64,000 nt of DNA from Lophium mytilinum (taxonomy: Eukaryota): positions 827,334 through 891,333 of the forward strand of contig MU004185.1 in the NCBI GenBank assembly GCA_010093605.1, given 5' to 3'. The position numbers and the translations under genes were made by a program. Under the pieces are notes generated by a model. That model searched no databases, was not told where the DNA came from, and was given only the letters and a program-made list of their open reading frames with translations. This document shows positions 12,590-25,962 of this stretch, piece after piece (the first letter of the stretch is position 1; every line of letters begins with the position of its first letter).

Positions 12590-14272
12590 TTAGTTGGGAA
12601 GCTGAACCTTGCCAGCCTGTTTGACCAACTGGCCCAATCTCTTCTCCATGATGGTTCGGCCGTCCATAGTCGTCCACACCGCGTGTGGTGCCTTGTTGAC
12701 GACATCCCAAGCCACGAGCTTGTCTGTCAGTCCGGTCAGGTCCTTCTGCTTGCGCTCCCACTCGCTATCGGTTCGGCACTTGATGCCCGAGCTAATCACT
12801 ACTAACGGCGTGTCGCTGCTCTGGATAGTGCGAGCAGAGACGACCTCGTTCTTGGATAGCGAGTCTGCAACGAGATTCTCTTGCAGCTGGGCTTTGATAT
12901 ATTTGCCGTTCTGGTAGGCATTCCGTCCGTAAACACGGTCCTCTCTCGTGCGCCCCTGGAACAGAGCTCCACCGAGACGTTCGATGCCCAGTGGGCTTAT
13001 GATACCCCATGCCCAAAGGAGGAATCCTCGGCTCGGGGACGCTAGGCGGTGCAGCAGATCCTCATGGAGAGGGTCGACAAGCATTATGCCAACCACATCA
13101 CGGAGATGACGGCTGGAGAAGATTCGGCTGGTGACGCTTCCAATGCCCGCCGAGACAAGAATCCAGGGGCCTTCTTCTCCGGAGCGAGCGAGAGCTTCCG
13201 ACAGAGCATCGGCTGACATTCCAGCGGAGTGTGGAGAAGGAGCGTTATCAGACCAGGCGTATCCAGGTCGGTCCCAGTAGCAGTAGCGGGAGATGGTTCC
13301 GTTCTGGTAGCTGTTGTAGGCCCAGTGCTCAAAGTCGTACTCGGAAGGGTTTTCTCCTGCCTCGAGCATGACAGTTGGGTTCCGCTTGCCATGGGTAGTA
13401 GTGACGTTACCAACACATGCCAGATGCACTTGATACTTGTTCCCATCGACAAAGATGCGATCGCCAAACATCTGGAGAGAAGAATCTCTAGTGCGAATTC
13501 CTAGTGTCCCAGTCATGAAGATGACGATGACTACAAACACAACCGAGATGATGGTGCCAACGAGAACGGCTAGCCACTCTTTGACGGTCCTGCGGGTTTC
13601 AGGGCGGCCGGTCAGACGTTCCTCCTCTTCCTTCTTGCCCCAGGCGACAACCCTGTCAGTCAAGACGCACCAGATGGCAATGAATGCTGCCCAGACGACA
13701 GAAGCAATTCCAACCCAGCCTTCCTCGGCTCTGATACGGCCAACGGATAGTATAATGATCATGTCCACGAGGAGGAAAACGGCAACGATGGCAGTAGTAA
13801 CCCGCATGGCCTTGGCCGGAGCTGCGAAGAAGAGGACAGCCACGAGGAGGTTGCCGAGCGTTAAGCATGTATATGCAAAGTCGAAGAAACCAGAACCACG
13901 GGAGTGCATGCCGGGAGGAGAGACAAAGATGGATACCAGGAGTAGTACCCACCAGAGAAAGGTGACTATGAGGAAAAGCACGGTAAAGTATCGGAGGAAC
14001 CGCACAGACCACAAGTTGTAGGGAGAGACCTAGATTAAATGAGTACAGCTGCGCAAGATAAGAGTTCTGATGGTGCATACAGCTGGATCGTCTGGGTCAA
14101 GGTAGCCATCCGAAGTGGGAGGCGGACCACGACGAGGGAGCAAACTAGAGCGCTCATCAGGCTCTGTGTGGTTGTATTCGCGTCTGGTTACAGAGGCAGG
14201 GCGATTGTCTTCGGAATCGCCATTGTGCACCGAATTGTTATCGTCCTTCTTTGATCCCCACATGGAAACCAT
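12590..14272 (-). CDS. Integral membrane protein with C-terminal alpha/beta-hydrolase fold (YNL115C-like)
   Basis: MVSMWGSKK...YLDPDDPAV, intron, SPYNLWSVRFLR; several TM helices, then YCYWDRPGYAWSDNAPSP and GIMLVDPLHED. Confidence 0.85.
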
Positions 14273-14879
14273 GGTGATGGTCGGGCAGTCTCGACGAGAC
14301 TCAACAAGGAGAGCGGCCTAGGAAGGGCCCGAGAGTCCGGAGGCACGGGAGGAGGACGATAGGAGAGAGGGGGGAGAGGATATGGCTATCTAGAGAATTC
14401 GTTGAAGGCGGAGATGGCAGCCCCGACTCTTATGGCATGATGGCTGCTGCTTCTGTTGATCGACGTCATCCTAGTGGGAGCATGGACCCTAGCCCAAGAC
14501 GCCGGTTCCAAGCGCTTGAGATATCGACTGGGGAGCGGGGCCTGCTGCGGTCTGGCCATGCAGTCTCGACGGCAGGTTGAGAGGCAAACCCGGTCATTGC
14601 TGGTCACGATGGTCCTACCTCTGCCTACCATTTGTTGCCTCTGCCTGACACAAACTGTAATGCAGTGGAACGAACCGCTAAAGACCCCTGCCCGCGTCTC
14701 GTCTCGTCTTTCGCCGCACGCCTTGACCGCGCACTGCGCCGAGCAGAACGTCGATCTATCGATAATAAACCACGCCCATTCACTCCACCATGACCGCAGC
14801 AGGACGCACTCCCCACGTGTATCGTGAGACCCTTCAACTGTCACTTCCCAGACACTTCTCGAACCCACGTCACCTCGCC

Positions 14880-16092
14880 ATGAGCAACATTGCCAAAGGC
14901 TTTGCAAAGGCGAAGCTGGCCAGCCTCCCCCCAGAACCTCCACTATACGAAGAAGAAGACGACTCCTCCTCCGCCTCCTCCATGTCCTCCACCGGCACCG
15001 TCCGCCCAACCTCAAGCCAGCGACCCGCCCCCGTGGTAAGCTGGTCTGACTACTACGCCCAAGAGCTATACCTCGAGCGCCAATTCGCCGATGGCCATGC
15101 CAAATTCCACGTCTACCTGACCCCGCCAGCCTCCCCCAAAGCCCCACTGCTAGTCCTACACCACGGGGCCGGGTCCTCCGCCATGTCCTTCGCGCTGTGT
15201 GCGCTGGAGATACGGAAGATGTACCCCGAGGCTGGCATTCTAGCTGTAGAGGCGCGCGACCACGGCTCCGTAGTCTACAGGCCGACGGGCGACGTCAACA
15301 ATGATCTCTCGATACACGTGCTGAGCAGGGACATGATAGACATGCTGGAGCTGACGGCCACAAAGATGGGCTGGCCCGAACTGCCTACAATCGTGCTTAT
15401 TGGTCACAGTTTGGGTGGAGCAGTGGTGACAGATGCTGCGAAGCAGGGCTATCTAGGGAACAAACTCCTCGGATACGCTGTCTTAGATGTAGTAGAAGGC
15501 TCCGCCATGGAAGCTCTCAAGCATATGCAGGCCTATCTTGGCACTAGGCCGAAGATGTTCCCGTCCCTTGAGGCTGCTATTGAGTGGCATATCCGCTCGC
15601 GGACGCTGCGTAATCCACAGTCTGCGCGTGCCTCTGTGCCGTCCCTTTTGTTCCAGACTCCCTCGGGCGCATGGGCCTGGCGGACAGACTTGTCCAGTAC
15701 AGAGGCCTACTGGGAGAACTGGTTTGGAGGCATGAGTTCCAAGTTTCTGACTGCGAAGGGTGCAAAACTTCTGCTATTAGCTGGCACCGACCGTCTCGAC
15801 AAGGAATTAACAATAGGACAAATGCAAGGTATGTGACTGTCTCATTTTATGTGTGGCAAGCTACGACTTTGCCATGCTCCTAACCCTTCTTTCTCCTGCT
15901 GATGCTAACTTGGACTGTCCATCAGGAAAGTTTCAACTCCAAGTTTTCCCTGCCGCTGGCCATTTCTTACAAGAAGATCTCCCCGAAAAGACTGCCGAAG
16001 CGATTGTCGAGTTCGTCAAACGAAACGACCGCAGCACCTTGATTTTACCTCCGAAGGTTGGTGATTTGTTGAAACAGGGCAAGAAAGTGTAG
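14880..16092 (+). CDS. PPE1: Protein phosphatase methylesterase 1
   Basis: HHGAGSSAMSF, GHSLGGAV nucleophile motif, LDVVEGSAMEAL and AGTDRLDKELTIGQMQG|KFQLQVFPAAGHFLQED across intron ~15829-15926. Confidence 0.95.
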
Positions 16093-16321
16093 GAACTTTC
16101 GAGCCTACTGTTTCAACCGGGTATCATATTTTCCGTGATTCAAATCCACTGGTTGGCCAGAAAAACGCCTATATTCAGTTGCAATGGAATCCATGTCCCA
16201 GCTTCAGAAGAACGATTCTGGTCCTTCAATGCAGCAGGGGCTAAGAAGGTCGGTATGCTTCATACTATGCATTAAGCCGTGTTGTAGGGGTTTGAGGTGC
16301 GACCAAAGCTCGAAAGCCCGA

Positions 16322-17399
16322 TCAAGACCCTTCCTCGATCTCCGTAGGTGCTGGCCCAGAAGCTCCTCGAGATTTGTGCTTCCGTTTCCTCTTCCGCTTT
16401 GTCTCTTCGCTCTCTGCAGCCGCGGGATTGGCGCCCTCGGTTGCGGTTGATACCTGGATACCCTTTTGCTGCTCTTCGGCTGTTGATGCGGCGTGGTCCG
16501 TAGATTTAGAAGGTTCAAGAACCCTAGGCTTAGGCTTCTTGACACTGAGGGGATTGGGACCCTTCTCTCCCTTTCTCCGCTTTCTTTCCGGTTGCTTAGA
16601 GGCATCTGATGTAGCTTTAGAATTCGAGCTTCGGTGGACTTGTGCGTCGTCCTCCTCCACTTCTCGCTTCCTCTTAGCATCCTCCGTTGCCCCACGTCTG
16701 CCCTTGAGCCCTGCTTTTAATTTGTCCCGCTCTTCTTGATCGCGCACGTCCGAGGTTGCTGTCGCGATGGGTTCAAGTATCATCACCGATCGATTGATGT
16801 AGCTAGAGCCTAGTCAGCCATATGCCCTTTGGACACATGTTCTAAGCCCTCGGAGGGTTGATTCAACTCACATTAGTGGGACTCCTGGGATCCGGCGTAG
16901 TATGGCCCTCATCTTAGGATTTTGGCTTGCCACGACATACCTATGCTTATTCGTGAGGCTGCTCTTTGGATCGATGACCTCAGAAAGACATTCCATGGCC
17001 GTGAGGGGTTTCTCAAGGGTATGGTGACCGCAGCGTCTGCGTTCGAAGCCCTTTGCGTGCTCGATGACGTTCTCGTCTTTTGCTTCGTATAGGTGCCTCA
17101 TACAACACTATAATCCAATTAGACTTTGCGGCGCGACTAAATCTATCAAATCTAACGTGCCTGCGTAATCATAGGTTTTATTTCGCCTTGCAGGGTCCTC
17201 TCCAACATGCCTGTGAAGTTCATCCTAGCGAACTGTTATTATTGGAGCTCTGGCATATAGGGTAGTGGTCGTACTTGAGCTGCGCAGCGGTTTGAATGAT
17301 GTCCGCATCTAGCAAGATCTGATATGGTGCGCGAAACCCAAAACCGAGCTGGTACTGGGTCATCAGCTTGCGATACTGCTTCGCTCGTTTTCCACGCAT
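16322..17399 (-). CDS. UTP23: rRNA-processing protein Utp23 (PIN domain)
   Basis: MRGKRAKQYRKLM...FRAPYQILLDA, ERRRCGH, NKHRYVVASQ, RRIPGVPL and KGPNPLSVKKPK; three introns. Confidence 0.93.
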
Positions 17400-17746
17400 T
17401 TTGAGGGCTGGGGAGCTTCTGTGTCTTCTCGACGTTGAAGTGCGGGTCAAAAGTTGAGGTGCAGGCGGAGAAGAAATTCTGGCGGAAGATGCCGATCCAA
17501 ACCTTACGCTAGCGGGCCACTAAAACGCGCTCGCTCACGTGTGTCTCCTTGGCGTCTCGAGAAATTGGGGAAGAGCTTCACAACAAAGCAGTTCGACGTA
17601 TCCGCGACAGAGCCTTGAAATTATACCCCGAAGGAATAGCATGCGAGACGACCATTTGCGACCACTCTAACGACGCGCTCCGTATCTAGTAGCACTCCTT
17701 CCGTCGCATCGAAGCCACCTCCGAACCTCCCTCATAACTCCGCAAC

Positions 17747-20021
17747 ATGGAGCGAGAAACGCAATCAATACAGCAGCGTCGCGATGAGATCGCGGCGAAG
17801 AAGCAAAAGCTAGTTGAGCTGAAGCGGCAGCGGGAACTGCGGCACAGAGAGACTCAGAATCGACAAAGCATGTCCGGGTCTCCTTCCGAGGTTTATATCC
17901 CCTACGATCCTGGTCAACTCAGACTGACCGTTTCTCTCAGATCCTACAACCCACCCCAAGCAGAGAGCACACGAGACGAGAGGTAGACAACATTATAAAT
18001 GGCATCATAGGCAGCAGCAGGCCCAGTTCGACGGTCCCGGGATCACCAGCAGGAGGCAAAGGAAGTCGCCCAACGTCTGAAATAAGTGCTGGGCAACTCA
18101 GCGGTGGCATTGGCACTCCCCCACCATATATGGGCGCAACCCCGGTTGGGGAAGTTGAGCGCGGTACGCAAACATTGTCGATAGGACCGCTCACTACCAT
18201 CTACGAGACCCCGGCCGAGCCAAAACCAGAGATCATCACATACAGCAAGGGCGTCCAGACCCAGGAGCAATGGACACCTCCAAAAGTGCGGTCTTTCCAA
18301 TCTGACTCAGATGGTGACGAGTCGCCGACGGCAGTTAAGACTCCAAGAGCGAGCAAGAGGCTGAGCAGGAGGGAGAGGGAGCGGGACGAGGATATCAGGC
18401 AGAGGCTGCGGAAGGAGGTGGAGGAAGAGGTGAGGGCCGCACAGGCACTGGGAACAGATCCTGTGGCGCCCGTGTCGACATCACAACCAAACTTCCCAGC
18501 GCGGACACTCTCGGACGAGGAGCTCAATGCTGTCACTTCATCTGAAGACTTTCTGGACTTCGTGGAGCGGTCAAGCAAGGTCATCGAAAGGGCGCTAGAA
18601 CAGGAGTATGACATTCTTGCAGACTATGCGCTTGGTCGAGGAGACGGATTGGACGACGAAGATGATGCGGTGGGAGCTGCGGCAGGAAAAAAGGGGAGAC
18701 GGATAAAGGAGGTTGCACAGTTCTGGGACGAGCGATGGAGCAAGAAGCGGATGATCAGTGATCTAGGCTTCTCTCCAAAGGTAAGCATTCCCAGATCTAA
18801 TGGCAAGATTCAAGGCTCATTTAGACATAGTTTCCTGAGCTCGTCCTGGCGGCCTACACCAAGAACCCTTCCGCGCCACATGAGCCAGACGGCCTCGTTC
18901 AAGTCTGGAATCAACACATGCCCGAACGCCCCGAATACGTATTCCACGCGCAATCCGACATCCTAACCGCAAAATTCTCCCCATTCCACCCCAACCTCAT
19001 CATCGGCGGCGCCTACAGCGGTCAAGTTCTCCTCTGGGACACCCGAGCCAAACAAGCCCCAGTACAAAAGACGCCCCTCACCAAAGGTGGCCACACGCAC
19101 CCAGTCTACAGCCTCGACATCGTCGGGACCCAAAACGCAAACAACATAATCTCGTGCTCCACCGACGGCGTCGTCCTCGGCTGGACAGTCGACCGCCTCT
19201 CCAAGCCCGAAGAAACCCTCGAGCTCATATCCCCCCCGCCTTCCAAAACCGACGACATCGCGCCCACCTGCATCGCCTTCCCGCAATCCGACCCGACGTA
19301 CTTCCTCGCCGGCACCGAGGAGGGCTCCATCTACCCGTGCCACCGCTACGACCGCGCAGGCGCCAAAGCCGGCGTCGACGCCCGCGTCAAGTATACCGGC
19401 CACGCGGCGCCGGTCATGAGCCTCGACTTCCACCCGACCCGCGGCCAGATCGACCTCGGCGACCTCGTGCTCTCGGCGTCGGTCGACTGGAGTGTCAAGC
19501 TGTGGAAGGTGAAGCCGCCGGCCGCGAGCAGCTCTACGGCCGTTACGGGCGCGGCGGCGGGAGGCGTGGGCGGCGCCGTGGCGGTGGAGCCGCTACTCGA
19601 CTTCCCGCGTGAGGACTTGGTCTACGATGTGCGGTGGTCGCCGGTCAAGCCGGGCGTGTTTGCGCTGGTGGACGGCGCGGGGATGCTCGAGATCTGGGAT
19701 GTCAATGTGGATATTGAGGTGCCGGTGGCGAAGACGGCGCCGGGGGATAAGAAGGGCTTGGGGCGGTTCATGGCGCGGAGTTTGAACAAGGTGGCGTGGG
19801 AGAAGAATGAGGGGAAGAGGATTGCGGTGGGTGGGATGGATGGCGTGGTGACGGTGTTTGAGGTTGGGAGCGAGCTTGGGGGGGCGGAGGGAGTGAGGCA
19901 GGAGGAGTGGTCGGGCGTGAAGAAGCTGGTGGGGAGGTTGGAGGCGGGATTAGGGGCTGGGGCGGGGACTGGAGAGAGGGGGGTGGGCGGTATGGTTAAT
20001 GGGAATGGCGCGTTGAGGTAG
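17747..20021 (+). CDS. nudI: Cytoplasmic dynein intermediate chain (WD40)
   Basis: N-terminal coiled coil RRDEIAAKKQKLVELKRQRELR, light-chain site TYSKGVQT, FLDFVERSSKVIERAL and WD repeats (GGAYSGQVLLWD, SVDWSVKLW); two introns. Confidence 0.95.
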
Positions 20022-20425
20022 GTCTGGAGAGTGTGGTTTGGAGAAGACGCCGATGTGGTCGTCTTGATGGGTTGGCTGCTTTGCATGACCTTGGTGTTTG
20101 GCGGATTGTGGAGACCATACCCCCTGAAGTAGCGTTTCTAGCTGATTTTGTTCATGCTTCGTTACTCCGATTACAAAATTCCGTGATGTAAATCATGTTG
20201 TCGCCCAGACTGAAACCAAAAGATCGCAAAGGACATATTATCATTACTCCTCGCTATGCTCAACTCAAGGATGATCACTCCTCTTTCGACAAACCCTTCC
20301 CCATCAATCTTACACGCAAATTCCCCTCTCAAACACCCCCCGCCGATCCATTCATAACACTCATCCCATTTTCTCAGGCCTCCACCACCTTGCCTCATCG
20401 ACTCATAACCCCTGCTGCTTCAACC

Positions 20426-20881
20426 CTAAACGAACACGGCTAGGCCTCCCATAACCACCATCCCCAACCCAACGGCCTCCCTCACGCCCGTGACCATAGG
20501 CACCGCAGCTCCCGTGCTCGTCGCCGTCGTCTTCGCGCCCGCCGTGCCCGTCACGCTGCCCGTGGCGCTGCCTGACGAAGAGTCAGCCTTACTCGAACTC
20601 TTCGAAGTCGATGCCGAACTCGATGCCGTCGTGAGGGTTGTTGAGATGACAGATGATAGTGAGGTAGGAGTGGCGGAGGATGGGGTAGCGGTTGAAGGGG
20701 TTGCGGATGGAGTCGCGGATGTGGGGGTCGCGGCGGTCGGGGAGGACTCGGCGGACGTACCTGCTGAGGCCTGGGAGACGGTGGCCGGGACCGGGGTGAA
20801 GGGCTGGCCCCAGGAGGAGGTGGTGGAGGCGGACGCGAGGGCGAGGGGGCCGAGGGTCATGAGGAGGGCTGTGAGACGCAT
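20426..20881 (-). CDS. Small Ser/Thr-rich secreted, probably GPI-anchored protein
   Basis: Signal peptide MRLTALLMTLGPLALASA, ATPS/ATPT repeats, C-terminal STGAAVP...hydrophobic tail. Confidence 0.85.
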   Translation of the reverse strand: MRLTALLMTLGPLALASASTTSSWGQPFTPVPATVSQASAGTSAESSPTAATPTSATPSATPSTATPSSATPTSLSSVISTTLTTASSSASTSKSSSKADSSSGSATGSVTGTAGAKTTATSTGAAVPMVTGVREAVGLGMVVMGGLAVFV

Positions 20882-22416
20882 TTTTGGAGATTTTCGCGTT
20901 CTTTTGTGGTGGGTAGATCGAGTTTGAGGAGTGTTTGGCGTCAAACTTGAGTGGTGCTGGTGATGTGGAGTGGTGGATTGGTAGGGTTGAAGCAAACGAT
21001 GGTGGATATATTAAGTATCGCTCACCGCAACCAATGCTGGAAATAAATATAGACAGAGAGTATTGAGGTTTTTCTTGAGAATTTGAAGAGAAGAAAAGAA
21101 ATCGAAACAGCGCAGCCGACACCCATAAATATACATACCACCAACCCAACCCCGATCCCGGGGCCAGGTGTGAAGCATCAGCCTTACGGTCCGGCTCCTC
21201 AGCATCCCCGCGCCTCATCCTCGCCGTATTCAGCGACGCTTCGCCCCAGAAAGCGGTCGTGCTAGTGCTGAGCCGGGCCTTAGTGGCTCAGTCAGTGTGG
21301 CATGCGGCTCGGTGGTAGGCTGGGTGCGTCCCAAAGCAGGGAGCGAGGGTTGAGGCGCGCCAGCGGCTCTCCACGCTCACGGCCGACGATGATGACGCAG
21401 CAGGGATTCTGCTACCCAGGCGTCAAAGGCGGTCTGGGTGGCTGGAGCGGAGTGAGACTGCTTGCGTACCTGTGCTAGAGGAGGGATGCCTGAAGGGGAT
21501 GTACATGTCTTGTAAGTTCATGTAGGTTGGTGGGAGATTCGTCTTATGTCTGGTGAAGAAGTGGTGGTGAACCCTGAAAAACTTCAACCCACATCCCAGC
21601 CCTTGCAGCGGCGTTGCGTGTCCCGTGAGACGCTGCGCTCTGTCAGTCCAACGTGTCAAAACGTCCCTGCATCTGCATGGACTTCTGCGGCGTGTCACCG
21701 AGCCTGCACCGCATACGTAACCTGTATTGTGGGGAATTGAAGAAGTCCGGACGGCTTGTCCACAGCCACCTAGTCCATACTTCCGGTTAGGCGCACGATT
21801 CGCTAACGGTCTTGCCTCCTCGTCGGACTTACGTCACGTATTCATGGATGGCAGTTCTGTTCACTGGCTTGACGTGTATGCTTATGCAGGTCAAGCTTAA
21901 ATTCTTGTGGGCCTGCTATCCACCGGTGTTTCAACGCTATGGAACTCTGAGTTGACGTCTTCGAACGATTGCTATAAGGTCTGAGGGGCCCGTCGACTGA
22001 ATATTTGCGTTCGTGTTCATGCATGAAACGACGCTCGGACGCGGAGAGCGTCTGCGATCAATCAGGCTGAATCCTTCAAGACCCTACTAAGCCTCATACG
22101 AAATATCACAGGCAGCGCACCACCAACCAAGCCTCGAGTAGTTTTACACAGTTAGACATTTCAATCCACTATCCGAAGGAGATTTTTGGGTAGTTACAGC
22201 GGTACGAAAGACATATGTCACAACGAAAGTAACGCAGCTCGCGCCTCACGCCTCCCCCCACATCCGCGTTCCCCCTTTTTCCCGCGGGAGAAGTCTTTCT
22301 TTATCCAACCAATGCATTCAACTTCGCACATCAAGACGTAGAATACAAGATTCTCAAAACAGAAGTAGAAACATCAAAGCAATGCGCAGAAGATACCGTT
22401 ATGCAATGCTTTTGGT

Positions 22417-23242
22417 TTAGTTGAGGTAGATCATGGCAGCCACAGCGCCGAAGATCAGCGCCAATGGGCTGCTGCCCATGATGATCCTGTCGGCGGCGCC
22501 AGTGGAGGTGGGCGCGCTTATAGAGGACTCGGTCGGGCTTGCGGTACCCGTGGTCTTTGTCGTCGCGGCAGTGAGCGAGCCTGATTTGGAGGCGGTCTTG
22601 GAGGCAGCGGTAGCGCTGGCAGATGACGATGAGTCGGTGATAGTAGCGGTGGATAGAGTGGTGCCAGTGGCAGATGCCGAGCTAGCAGAAGCGGAAGAGG
22701 CGGAGGCGGAAGACTCAGACGCAGACGAGGCTGAGGAGGCAGATGCGGCGGCGGAGGAGGCAGAGGCCGTGGGAATCAAGGAGGAAGTGCTGCCGCCGTT
22801 CAAGGTGATCTGCGCAGAGTAGTTGATCTCCTTGCCCTGGATGATCTCGAGAGCGTAGTAGGAGTTGTCGCCCAGTCCCTTGTCGGGGGTCCAGGTGTAT
22901 ACTCCACCGGAGGCATCAGCTTGGGCGTGTCAGTCAACCGTGCAGCGCATATCAGAGTGTGGGTTCGTACTAGTCAGAACGGAAACATCTTGCAGGTCGT
23001 TGAATCCACCAACGCGAAGCTTGATGGTGATGGGCTGCAGAGGAGTCAGCAACGCGTCGCATAGGAGCCAGGAGCGCAAGGTCCCATACAGTGGTGCTGT
23101 CGGTGGTCTCCCACTTAATGGGATATGCGGTTCCAGCCTTGACGATGTTTGGAACTGAGGTGAACTTGATCACTTTCGACTGGGCGGCAGCGAGGGTAAC
23201 CAAGGCCGAGGCGGCGACAAGGAGGGACCTGATGAAGAGCAT
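22417..23242 (-). CDS. GPI-anchored cell-wall protein with Kre9/Knh1-like N-terminal domain
   Basis: Signal peptide MLFIRSLLVAASALVTLAAA; AGTAYPIKW, ITIKLRVG, GVYTWTP and YALEIIQGKEINYSAQITL across two introns; Ser/Ala-rich stalk; STGAADR plus hydrophobic tail. Confidence 0.88.
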
Positions 23243-23614
23243 GTCGGCGGTAGTAGGATATTATAAAGTAATACTAGATGAGAAGAAGTGGTGGACGGTG
23301 GAGTCTGTAAAGAGCGTGGGTGTGTAAGTAGTTGTTGAAGGGTCGAAAGAGCGTAGAGAAAGCGGTAGTGGTGGAGAAGAAGGGGTGAAGGAATGCGCGG
23401 GCAAGCTGGGCTTTACGGCTGGACTGGCAGAGCAACGGCTGGAATGGTAAAAGGCGCCATACAAGGCCGGGCTTGAATTGCGCCCTCGAAGTAGAATAGC
23501 CGCGCCTAGAATCGAGATGAAGGGAGTGGTACAGCGAATGGGGAGTTAGCAAATCGACATGGAGGCGTTCACGCAGGGTCACCATGGGTGTTTAGCGCTG
23601 CACAATTCCCTCTC

Positions 23615-23821
23615 GGGCAACAGAATAGAATGCCAGTAGCTTGGCGCATTTCATATTACAATGCTAGAAAACGCCACATAGATAATAAAGGACCGAGGCC
23701 ATGCTAATACAGGCCTAGAAGCTAGCTTCTAGGCTTAATTAAGTACACCCCCTGTCCTCTACTATCTATAAGGTGTTTTCTAGCATTATATAACTATATA
23801 TAGGCCTTAGTATAGTATTAA
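23615..23821 (+). repeat. MULE left TIR (~207 bp)
   Basis: Reverse complement of 34512-34718; mismatches are C/T or G/A transitions. Confidence 0.95.
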
Positions 23822-24199
23822 ACCTTAATTTTATAATATATATAATTAGCTGCTACTAGCGCACCTCTATATAATATAAGGAAATTAATAAAATTAGCCT
23901 AGTATACTCTAACTAAGGGAAAATAGCCTATAGAACTATAAAAATAGCCTATATTCCCTAGTATTAGTATCTAAATATATAGAAATAGATAAAAACTCTA
24001 TTTCTCTATTAAAAATTATCTAATTTTAATTAAAATTAAATAGTTAAAAAGCCTCTATACTTACGCCTACTACGCGTATTATGCCCCGTTTCTCTATAGA
24101 TTCTATACTTATTTTTAATAGTCGCCCTTTTATCTAAATAGTAGTTACTAAATTACTTCCTTTTATACTATATAGGGCCTAATTACTTCTTCTTTAGAG

Positions 24200-25957
24200 G
24201 TAGAAGAGAGGTAGAACTTAGTAGAAAGTTATTAACTCTTATAGGCTATATTATATAATATTCTAGTAAGCCCTCTATAAGTATAAAGGCGTAGCTATTC
24301 CTCTATATATAGGTTTTATATATATAGCTATAGTAGCTACCTATATACCTACCTATAATATAGATAATAGCTATTATATAGTAGTAAGAAAACTAGTAAT
24401 CTTAAAACTCTCTATAGGTATATTTCTTTCTATTAAGCCTTATAATATATACTATAGCGTTAAAGTAATACTATACTATAGCCGCGTAGTTATAGTAATT
24501 AAATACTATATACGCATTTATCTAGTAGTAATAGCCTAAGGCCTTATAGAGGTTACGCTTTAAAAGCTTCTACCTAAATAGTATAAAGAATAGAATATTA
24601 CCCTATACTTTACCCGGCGGCAGCCTTATAAACTTAATAGAATAAGCTATAGCTATAGTATATCTCTTAGTATGCATCTCTATTATGCGGCCCTATAGTA
24701 ATACTAAAAGGTATAAAGTTAATAGCTCTTAGTTATTTCTAATTATTAAATTAAAGGACTTATTCGCGCCGCTTATAATATAGCTAAAGCGCATAGTAAT
24801 AATATTCTTTATTACCTATTAGTGTAAGTCTATAGCCTTAATATAGGCTGCGGCGGTAGGCCTAAGAGATGTAATCTTAGCTATTAAGGCGTTAAATTTA
24901 ACCTAGTTAGTAGTAAGGGTAAGCTTAAAAAAGAGCTTTAAGCAGGCAGTTCTATAGTACTTTCTAATATTCTCTAATAGGTACTAGACGCAGTAGATAC
25001 TATAGTAGTAAGAAAGAAGACTATTAATAGTATTCTAGAGGCCTTTATTATAATTACTATAAAAAAAATAGTATAAGTAGGTAGATTTTTAATAGATCTA
25101 TTAATAAGAATAGCATAGTTATAGAAACTATAAAATTTAGTATAGAAATTAACTATAGTATTAAGAAGTATATAGAAGGAAATTAAGAGATATAAATACT
25201 ATTATAAATAGGCGTATAGAAATTAAGAGGGGGCTATTATAATTTTTATTTACATTTATATATTATTTATTATAATAGGACCTTGCGTATAAACTATACA
25301 ATTTCTTACTAAAATTAACGCGTTTTAACTTAACGTCCCCGCTATAAATAAACGCATAGATATCCACTTAAAAATTATTAATAAATAATAAAAATTAAAC
25401 TTATAAGTAGATAGTTTATACTCCAGCTATATTAAGCTATAGTAGAGCTTTCTTTAGCTTTTTTATAAACTACGCCTACGTCTTATTATTCTCGCTCTCT
25501 ATAATAGCCTAGGTAAGTAGATAGACCTTATTATTCTAGTCTCTTTCTATTATAATTAGTACTATATTCTTATACCTATTTCTTAGGTATATTCTATTAA
25601 GGCTAAGCTAGTTAAGGCTAAAGATAAGAAAGGTTCTACTCTTCTTAAAGTATATAAAGACGCGCTAGAAGGTACTATAGTAGAGGACTAGATTAGTAGT
25701 AATACTAGAATTCTTAACCTCTAGGCGCTCTAAGTACTCTAGAATCTTTATATAGTTATTCTCTATAGACCTCTTATTATTACCGCATATTATTAGGCGC
25801 GCCTAGCGCGCCTAGAAGTTATTAATTAGGCCTTCTAGGTATATAGAGGCTAGCGCCTAGATATTACCTATTAGCGTTTTATAGGTAATAGAGCTAAGAA
25901 GAGAAAGATTCTCTACTAAGTATATTAATTGCGACTACTCTATGCGCTTTAGAGGGG
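24200..25957 (-). pseudogene. RIP-degenerated MuDR-type transposase (catalytic and SWIM part; 5' part presumed at ~33697-34450)
   Basis: Reversing RIP changes restores LSLDGTHLRNRY (D ~25597), YPLAWAIVESENDETWAWF, SDRDKGL (25058-25038), CVWHLSEN (~24990), ANESFN (~24757) and SWIM CTCGEFQDYQFPCxH (~24420-24380). Probable intron ~25404-25128. Ends approximate. Confidence 0.85.
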
Positions 25958-25962
25958 GCGCG

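Noticed and set aside
18963..20086. Long ORFs antisense to or overlapping dynein IC (also over NOP14, ALA1, DUS2 and the GPI genes)
   Set aside because: Shadow frames expected from GC-rich codon bias.
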